From the NCBI GenBank assembly GCA_001724265.1, contig MEDY01000277.1:1-41622 (forward strand): a stretch of DNA of 41,622 nucleotides, read 5' to 3'. Below the pieces are notes generated by a model. That model saw only the letters and a program-made list of their open reading frames with translations. It was not told where the DNA came from and did not search any database. This document shows, piece by piece, positions 33,201 through 41,622 of this stretch (its first letter is position 1; each line of letters begins with the position of its first letter). The position numbers and the translations under genes were made by a program. Source of the DNA: Rhizaria sp. SCN 62-66. Taxonomy: Eukaryota.

Positions 33201-35869
33201 TCGAATGCAAGCGCCAGTGCGCGAGTTGCAGCAGGCGCGGACACACCCGCCACGGACGTAACACCGCTAGCATGTTTGCCGGTGCCGGAGACTACAGAGA
33301 TAGGCGTTGGCCATGCTGTTGTTGCCATGCCACCTCCAGCTGCCTCTGCTGCAGCCGCTGTCACACGCCACCACACACCGTCGCTGCTTGCAGTCGCAGC
33401 GTGCGCGGTGGGGTGTGCTGCGTTCGCTGACTGCGTGGTCATACTTGCTGCGTGGTGCACACGCACGCGCACGCGTCCCAGCGCGATGCGGAGCGAGGAA
33501 GCTACAAGAGCAGCAGCGCGCAGCTCACCCGCTGTCGCAGCAACACCGTCCAACACAAAGACGGGGCGCGGGCGACGGCCGGCAACGGTGACCAGAGGTA
33601 CCGAGGCTGAATTAGCACCCGTTGTGACGCCGCAGCAGCATAGTTGAGAGAGCTCGACAGCGTGAGTGGCCGCGTTCGCAGCAGTATTGATGTTATTGTA
33701 GCGGACAGCATTGCTGCGGCGACGCTCACAGCCGTTGTTGACAACCGTACTGATCGGTACAACAACGTAGTTAACGGTATCAGACAGATCTGTGTTTTCG
33801 TTGTCATGTGCGTTGAGACACCGCCCGCAGTCACACCCACAGCACGCTTTCGACAATGTGCGCGCAGTCTCCGTGCTGAACATCAGAGGCGCTGCGTTTG
33901 CGTCACTTGTGGCTACCAAGGTCTCGTTGTCGTCACACCCGTCATCGTTGCAGTCGGAGTCATCGTCATCATCATTACCGCTGGCATTCTCGATATGAGT
34001 AGAAGAGACGGCAATGCGCGATGCTTGAGCGTTAGCCGCCGCAGATTTGTTCATTCCAGCAGCGCCCACGTTTGAGGTCGCGCCGAGGCCAGTTGACACC
34101 GAAACTGCAGGCCACCACCCTGCATCGTCGCCGCCCGTACCAGCGCCGCCGTTGTCGTCGCCGTCGGAGCCAAACCAGAACGCGGCCTCTCCACTGTTGC
34201 CGTGGTCATACTTGCCACTACCGTAGCCATCATCGTCATCGTCACCGTCGTCATCGTTGTTGCTCGAGGTGGGGCCGGACCAGCCGCGCCATCCAGCACC
34301 GCTGCTGCCGCTGTTTCTCCGAGTCCCAGCAGCCTTACTGGCGGCGGCAGCAGCGGCGGCTGCTGCAGCGGAGAGCCGGAACAGCGGCGCACCGGTACCC
34401 TGTTGCCCCTGCGCCAACAGCCTCATCTGCGGACCGGCGCCCGCAGCGCCCGCGGCAGCGCTGGCAAGCGCCTCCGCCTCGCCCGTGCCGGTAGCCGCGG
34501 CCGCGGTGGCGGCGGCGAGGTGTCGCGCCCACGCGTCGTGGCACAGCGCCAGCACGTGGACGCGGTAGTGGCGTCCCTCGCTCACGGTCACCGGGCAGCC
34601 AAGGAGGCTCAGTGAGCGCAGACGGCGGCAGAGACGGAGGGGCCACAGGGACTCGAGCCGGGCGATTGGGTTGTCGGACAAGTTAAGCCGCCGGAGGTGC
34701 GGAAGAGCCCAGAGCCCATGCGCGGAAGTAAGCCCACACGACGCAAGCGACAGAGAGCGCAGGCGAGGAAAAAGAGACGCCAGAGGCGTTGGCAGCGGGG
34801 CGGGAACCGGAAAGCCCCCGAAAGCTTCTAGCGCATCAGTAACAGCAACATTATGGTTGTCTTCGATTCCGTTGGTTTTAGAGTTCGTGTTCGACTTCGT
34901 GACCGATGGCGAAGAAGCTAGCACCGTCGACGTCGCCGGTCCCAGTGGCAACGGCAGCCGCGTGTGCGACAGGTCGATCGCGGTCAAGTGCGGGAGCGTG
35001 ACGAGCCCCTGCGCGAACGCGAGCCCCGCGCCGCGCAGGCAGAGCCGCCGCAGCGCAGGCAACAGCGCGCCGACAGTGGGCGGGAGCGCGGTAACCCCAG
35101 TTGCCGCGGTCAGAGTGAGCGAGCGCAGCACGGGCCAGGGGGTGAACGCGCCGCCCCCGCTCCGGCTGCGCGCGCCGAGGCCGTGGCTGGAGCTGATGAT
35201 GCTGTTGCTATTGATAGTGTCAGCGGCGTCGTAGTCGTCGTCGCCACCGGGCGGGACAGTGAGCAGCGCCTCCAACGCCGCCGCGCCGGTCGCAGCGGCA
35301 CCGCTGCCGACGCCGTGGGAGAACGAAAGCGGAACGGAGAGCACGAGGGCACGGAGCCGCGGCCGCAGCGGAGCGAGATGAGACAGAAGTGAGATGTCAC
35401 CTGATCGCAGCGAGAGCCGCAATAGGCGAGGAAACAAGGCAAGAGGGACCGGAGCAACCGTGCCTGCAGCCACAGGTGCAAGCGCATCAGACGGTGTAAC
35501 GAGGAGTGCTGCTGCGTGAGCTTGGAGCAGCCGCAGGAGGGTGAGGAGCGCGGCCGTGTCGGGGTCGGCGACGGACGTGGCGGGGGGCAGCGCCGCGAGC
35601 TCTGTGGCCGAGGGTACACGGCCTAACAGTGCGCGACAGTGCAGTGTAAGGATGGATAATGTGCGCGCAGAGAGAGCGACCGACAAGGCGTGGGCTGTAG
35701 AACGTGTCGCTGATGTGTTCGTGAGGTTTAAGTATGAGGACGACGTCGACGTCGAACTAGTCTCAGCAACTGCAATGCTTCGAGTCAGCGCCGTATTGAT
35801 GAGCTCAACAAGCTCCACCGCGCTGACAGATGCACCCAAAGACGCAACACGCGGTGGGGCGCTACTCAT
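27209..35869 (-). CDS. STK11IP: STK11IP (LIP1)/nischarin-like LRR protein; single 2887-codon frame containing two in-frame TAG codons (32917-32915, 32149-32147)
   Basis: N-terminal LALFPRLLRLSL..PWPVLRSL, LRRs (LTAIDLSHTRL, LRSLSLASCGL, LRRLNLSDNPI, LRSLSLLGCPV..HYRVHV) and FVLDG. C-terminal LLLATEYDIFVFR..LNRMVVGGALQSVRIDF..GDRVLTHAL resembles the STK11IP C-terminal PH-like region. The three ORF-track ORFs are all in the same frame. Ends TGA. Confidence 0.7.
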
Positions 35870-36600
35870 ACCGCGCCGGTGAAAACACGCGCTCTGACGC
35901 GGTAGGGCGGTCGTGATTGAGGGAGGGGTGTCAACTCTGGTCGAGCGTAAGTTAAGCGGTCTAAAAGAGAGGATTAACAAACAGCACAGAAAATAATATC
36001 AAAACACGACACGTTTAGGAAACATTTGATGCTATTGCAGACACATACACTCAATTTGTCGATCGGAGTTTTGAGATATCTTGAGTTCCGATTTAGGCCC
36101 CGAACGGCTCGTACTGCCTCGACGCCAAGCCGCACATCTTTTTTGACTGCAGATCTCTTGAACTCAACAAAATCGGTGTTGATGATGCCATCATTGAAGT
36201 ATCACATTAAGTTAACTTGAAGTTAATATTTCGTAGACTGGTTTGTTTCATAAGCCTTCATACACCCTCTCTGCCGCAGTCTGGTAAGGGTATGCAACTT
36301 TTTCATCAGCATATCACTGCATCTTGAGGTGGTACCCACAACTAAAGCTTGATTCTGCAAGGATGTTACACGAATATGTGATGACAGATATCGTACTGTA
36401 CGCGTCGCACACCTGCGTTCAAACGTACTTGGTGCCCACAAGCGCTTGTCGTCGCCGAGGAAGCGCAACCCTTCCATCCACAAGAAACATGTTAAATTCT
36501 CGGTAATCTATTTGCAAAGAAGAAACCTGTTCAATCTCTACGTGAAGTGCATGCGCATTTATTAGATTACCTGATTAATTTTATGTTCGCTACTTTATAG

Positions 36601-37116
36601 ATGACATCAAGCGGGTCGAACCGACTTGAAGTCGTCAGTCATGACATTACCCGCACGTCGTTTTCTGTGCTCCTGGCGTTTCTTCTATTCGCGTGTTCGT
36701 TTCTATTTTTGCTTCCATCAGCAGCACTCGCTCAACGCCCATCACGCCGTGCGCCTATTATGACAGCTGACGTTGTGTACTTATACAGCATCTTCGGCCG
36801 ACGCATGCGCCGTCAGTTAACTCCAGAGCAGTTCAAGGAGTTCACATATCTTCGCAACACCCTTTCGTGCCGAGACTTCGAGTGCGCTCCTGCATGCGAG
36901 GCCCACGCAGTCAATTTTGGATGCCCACGCTGCATTGCTGAGTGCGCCAAGGATCGGGTTCACGCAAGGAACGTGGAGAGGCTGCGCGCTTACGTACGTG
37001 AGGAGAAAGAGGCGGCTGCACGGGCTGCACAGGCTGCAGCAGAGGCGGCCGCGGCACGCGCAGCGGCAAACACTACAGCAACATCACCAGTCACATCCCA
37101 TCATACACACGCGTGA
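36601..37116 (+). CDS. Small hypothetical Cys-rich protein, probably secreted or membrane-anchored
   Basis: 171-aa ORF with a hydrophobic stretch (FSVLLAFLLFACSFLFLLPSAALA), a six-Cys cluster and an Ala/Glu-rich helical tail; ends TGA. Confidence 0.6.
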   Translation: MTSSGSNRLEVVSHDITRTSFSVLLAFLLFACSFLFLLPSAALAQRPSRRAPIMTADVVYLYSIFGRRMRRQLTPEQFKEFTYLRNTLSCRDFECAPACEAHAVNFGCPRCIAECAKDRVHARNVERLRAYVREEKEAAARAAQAAAEAAAARAAANTTATSPVTSHHTHA

Positions 37117-37584
37117 TAAAATTCTGTTATAACGTCTGCTGCTCGTCGGAATGCAATGTTTAATTGTGTTGTTACCTGGTTGGGATTTTAAAGTGATGAT
37201 TTGTGCACAGGAGTGACGCCATATACACGCGTTCAAGTTATATTACATACAAATTGAATGTTTACAAACTGTAACCCCGCTTGCCCCGATGTGCTCTTTG
37301 TTTATACAAGTGAGCTATCGAATTGCATTCTGACCACAAGCTGTTGCGAACCGAACGACTCTGGGTCGGCCGAGTGCGAGGTGTTTAGTGGCCAGTTCGG
37401 CAAAGCTATTTGGATGCATATCTACTGTATTTTAGTCGATCTTACACGACCACGCGAGTATATATGTATATTAGAATGTGGTGTTTCATTTCATTTTCTC
37501 ACCAGTTGCTTTTGTTGACATTATTCGGAACCCTTAGCACAGGCTGCTTTTGTGGTGATCCGCCTCTCGCCCACAGCACGCACC

Positions 37585-40500
37585 ATGGCTGATTCCGCTT
37601 CTGAAGCGGCACCTATGCCTACCAACGCTGCGCCTGCCCCTGTGACCGCTCCTGCCACCGCAACTTCTGCGGCCCCGCTCGAGCTGCTTTGCGTTGAACC
37701 TGACGACTCGGTCCCGGCGCGCCGCCGCCTGCCCGGCGACAACGACTCCGCGTCCAAAGACTCTGTTCCTACTGCGAATAAAAGCAACAAGGCCGCGGGT
37801 TCTCGGAGTGCTGCGGCGGGTGATGATAGCGATGACAGCGACCACAGTGGCGACGATGATGATCACGATGACGAGGCCCGCGATAAGGTTGGCGAAGCTG
37901 GCGTCGACATTGCCACTTCCACTAAGGGGTACGTATCTCGCTCGGACTGACGCCCCTACAGAGGTTACCTTGACATGATCATTGCTAACATGTATTTCTA
38001 ACGCAAATCTTCTATCCCTATATTTTCTCTCTGTTTCCTTAGCCAACCCGGCCGTCGCCGCTCGCACAACGTCGAGGCCCGCCTGGCCAAGAAGGAGCGC
38101 AAGCGCCTCATCGGCCGCATCAACGCCAACACAGCGTCTAAGTCCGAGTACTACTCTGTCTTCGGCAACGAGGCGCACGCGACGCTGGAGCTCTGCGCGC
38201 CGCCGGGCATCAAGAACCAGCCGCGGCCGCGCACGTCGCTCAAGATGCGCGACCTGCACTCGCTCGTCTTCTGGACCGCGGCCGAGACAGTGCGGCCCTC
38301 ATGGGCGTTCCTCAAGCACAAGCCGCTGGTGGAACGTGTGCTGGTGGTGATAATCGACGGCATCAGCAAGTACGGGTACCTGCGGCACCCCGAGGCGATG
38401 CCGACGGCCAACGCGCTGACGTTGCCGCTGCCCGACAACAACGCGCCGGGTCCGCTAGACCTGCACGTGCCCTGCTCGCTCTTCTCCACGGCCACGGTGC
38501 TGCAGCATTTCCTCTGCTGTACCGTCGAAAAGATGGCGCAGGTCGGCGTTAAGGACAAGGATGGCAGCGCGAGCAATGGCAAAGACCCCGCTGCTGCCGC
38601 GACTGAGTCGGGCACCGGCAAGCCCACCGCGAGCCCCGCCGCCGGCGACTGGAAGGAGAAACAGCAGCAGAACCCGTCGCAGAAGCAGCTGCGCATGCAG
38701 CGGCTCGCTGCTGAGAGGGCCGCTGCCGAGGCCCCCGGCGCGGCCGGTCAGGCCGCCGCTGGCGCTGGGACTGAGGCCGAGGTGAATGCAAGTGCTGCTA
38801 CTGTTAAGAGTGCGAGGCCTTCTGCGCCGACGGCGATGACTGACGGCGAGACCAAGTGCCAATCTACCGCTGCGCCCACCGTTGCTGATGCTGTGGCCGC
38901 TACTTTGGCTGCCACTGCGGAGCCTGCTGCTGTTGCTGCTGAGACGACCGCTGCCGCAGAACCTGCGACTGCTCAAGCGGCTGCTCATGCTGTTAAGACT
39001 GCCGCACCCTCTGCTAACTCTATCCCCACCGTCACTGCGTCTGCGGAAGAGTCTTCCGCCACAGACTCGAACTCGAACGCGACCAACACACTCGACGTCG
39101 CCGCCGCCCCCGTTGCCGCCGCCGCCGCCGCGGCCACCGCCACCGCGGCCGACGAGGGCGCCCCGTTCCGGCTGCCCGCGGCTTTCCCTGCGCTACCTAA
39201 CGTCGACGCGTCGTCGCTGGCGCCGCTGCGGAGCTACTTCGCGACCGAGCCCGAGCTCGTGGCCGCCGGCTTCCCCCCCGAGGCCTCGGCCGCAGCCCGC
39301 GCGCGCGCCGCCGTCGCGGGCGCGGCCCGGGGCACTACGGTGCCCGCCGTCGTGGTTCCCGCAGGCGCGCGCTCCCTGTGGGCGGGTTTTGTGCAGACGT
39401 GTCCGGTCGAGTTCGGCGGCGATGACGGCGCGCAGCGCGAGGTCGCACCGCCGCAGCCCTACGACTTCGACCACCTGGTACGCAGCGATGAGATTTCTGC
39501 TAACATACCTGACATTCTAATATCGATGGCAATGTTTTCTTCTCACACGTCACTAATCTCCTTGTCATTTTTGTTTTATTTGTTCTTTGTTTTCTTCCGT
39601 AGGTCAACATGCAGAAACTGTTGGGCACCGGCTCCAACAGCCGCCCGCGCTTTTCCTCCCCGCAGGACGCCGCCGAGCCCGCCCAGTCCCCCAGCGGCGC
39701 CGTCGCTGAGGCCCTCGCTGCCTCTGTTCCCGCTGTAGAGGAGGAGGAGATTATTGAGGACGCCGGCGAGATGCCTCCCCCGCCCGCGCTGTCGCCCGCG
39801 GCCGCAGCGGCGACGGCCGCGCTCGCGCAGTCTGTCGCGGCTTCGGAGCTCTCGTGGTCGGACCCCGCGCTGCTGCGTGCCGTCGATTGCGAGATGGTGC
39901 TCTGCGGCGAGGGCTTCTATGCGCTCGCGCGGCTCACGGTTACCGACGGCGCGGGCGCAGTGCTGGTGGACGCGCTGGTTAAGCCGCCGCGTGCCGTGTC
40001 CGACTACCTCACGCAGTGGTCCGGCATCACGGCTGAGCTGCTGGCCACGGCCACGGTGACCTTCGACGAGGCGCGCCTGCTGCTGTTGCGCGCCGTGCGC
40101 GCGCACCACGTGCTGGTGGGGCACTCGCTCGAGAACGACCTTAAGGCGCTGAAGGTCTCGCACAGCCGCGTCTTGGACACGGGGATCCTGTATCCGCATC
40201 CACGCGGCGCGAGTTTCCGCTCCTCGCTTAAGTACCTCGCGCTCAAGCACCTGGGTGCGGCGGTCCAGACCGGAGCGCAGGGCCACGACTCGGTGCAGGA
40301 CGCGCTCGTCGCACTCGCGCTCGCGCGGCTCAAGCTCAGCCGCGGCGCCGACTACGGTTCGCTCGCGGCCGCGCCCTCGGAGTCGGTGCTGGACATCGTC
40401 GCCAAGGTGCAGCACGCGCCGCGCTTTATCGCGCCGTCGTACGTGCTGCGGCGCTACGCCTCCGCGGCCGTGCACGCCATCCCGGCCATGAACGACGAAG

Positions 40501-41072
40501 AGGCCGTCGACAAGGCCATCCGCGAGATGTCGCAGCAGGTTCCGCCCGTGCCCTCGGCCGCGCCGGGCACGCCGGGCCGCGAGACGCCCGTGAAGCTGGC
40601 CGTGCTGTACTTGCCGGGTCCGCTGGCCAAGGTTGAGGCCACCGCGATCGCGGACTCGCACGGCGACGCGGGCGTCATGGCGAGTCTGTCGACCATCTAC
40701 GGGGCCAACCCCGGCGTGCCGGCCGGCGCGCGCGGCGAGAGCGTCGAGGAGAAGGAGAGGCGCGACCCGTTTATGACGGCGACGACGATGGCGGAGCTGC
40801 CGCCTGTGCCGGCCGAGCCCAGCCAGCTGGACGCGCTCGCCGCGGCCGACGCGATGATCAAGCGCATCTGGGACGCCGTCCCGCGCAACACGCTCGTGGC
40901 CTTCATCGGCGGCCAGAGCTGCGTGGTGCGCGAGCGCGTCATGAGCAAGCGCGCCGTGGCCATGCGCCGCATCAAGGACGCGCCGGCCAACGCCGTGGAG
41001 CAGACGGAGGCGCTCGTCAAGGCCTCGGTGCAGGACAAGAACCAGGGCCTCATGTTCGTCAATATCAAGTGA
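37585..41072 (+). CDS. DEDDh 3'-5' RNA exonuclease (Rex1/REXO5/SDN5-like); exons 37585-37928, 38043-39477, 39603-41072
   Basis: ExoI AVDCEMV, ExoII LVGHSLENDLKAL, VLDTGILYPH, ExoIII GHDSVQDA. N-terminal DLHSLVFW..PSWAFLKHKPLVERVLVVIIDGI resembles Rex1/SDN5. Two frame-preserving introns. Ends TGA. Confidence 0.88.
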
Positions 41073-41544
41073 GCAAGCACCTAGTTTATCCACCGAAATG
41101 ACCATGAATCAACCGACATGGAATATCGCTTGCATGAATGCGTATCATATCTTCTTACTTTAATCTCTTTTATCATTTTGTGCGTTAAATTCGTCCGAGA
41201 ATACACACGGCCATGTTCCTTAGCTTACCTGAATCAGTAACGTACGACATGGTCCACACAACAATGATGCGCTTACCCAGCACGATATTGTAAATATAGC
41301 ATGTATTGGAACATAAGACTGTGTATCGACGCTCGACCACAAGCTGCTGCGTTGTGTCACACTTTGGCATAGTGACAATATACTTTCAGAAAAAACAAGG
41401 TTTTTTCTAGTTGAGGGTTTAACTCGCCCGGCGTTTTCCCTATATATCGCAGTAGTACGTCATACAAAAAATGTATGAAGACCATTACGTGCAGGGTGAT
41501 TGGATCATTAATTGATAGTGAGGAACATTTGGTTTGAAGAAAAA

Positions 41545-41559
41545 ACACACACACACAAA

Positions 41560-41622
<63 letters not shown>
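41545..41622. repeat. (AC)n microsatellite running to the window end
   Basis: Interrupted acacac tract, perfect from about 41567 to 41622. Confidence 0.97.

Noticed and set aside
27209-35980. Three separate genes, as the ORF track suggests
   Set aside because: Gaps are only 15 and 30 nt and in frame, with no room for UTRs or promoters, and domains of one known protein architecture span them
41357-41620. ORF beginning MCVCVCV
   Set aside because: Translation of the (AC)n microsatellite
1-41622. Prokaryotic defence systems, CRISPR arrays, transposons, rRNA/tRNA
   Set aside because: No spaced direct repeats, transposase/RT motifs, terminal repeats or RNA-gene signatures seen; the window is intron-containing eukaryotic DNA

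Overview
Gene-dense nuclear DNA of a flagellated unicellular eukaryote (GC-rich exons, AT-rich spliceosomal introns of 114-225 nt, ZMYND10 present). No prokaryotic, mobile-element, CRISPR, rRNA or tRNA features were recognised. Twelve protein genes can be modelled: eIF4G-like (5' truncated), YnbD-like membrane dual-specificity phosphatase, ZMYND10, STEEP1/CXorf56-like, a secreted 2OG-Fe(II) dioxygenase ending in KEEL, Rab6, PYROXD2, uridine phosphorylase, kinesin-14, STK11IP-like LRR protein, a small Cys-rich orphan and a DEDDh RNA exonuclease, followed by a terminal (AC)n tract. The main finding is that the three long minus-strand ORFs at 27209-35869 form ONE reading frame of 2887 codons interrupted only by two in-frame TAG codons. 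STK11IP-like N- and C-terminal domains lie on opposite sides of these TAGs, and none of the 12 genes terminates with TAG (4 TAA, 8 TGA). This suggests a non-standard nuclear genetic code in which UAG is a sense codon. Also notable: all 17 modelled introns have a GTAYGY donor, 8 of 11 start codons have a YAG acceptor-like site 0-14 nt upstream (5'UTR introns or spliced-leader trans-splicing), and very large low-complexity insertions sit inside conserved domains. Family assignments come from recalled motifs, not database searches.
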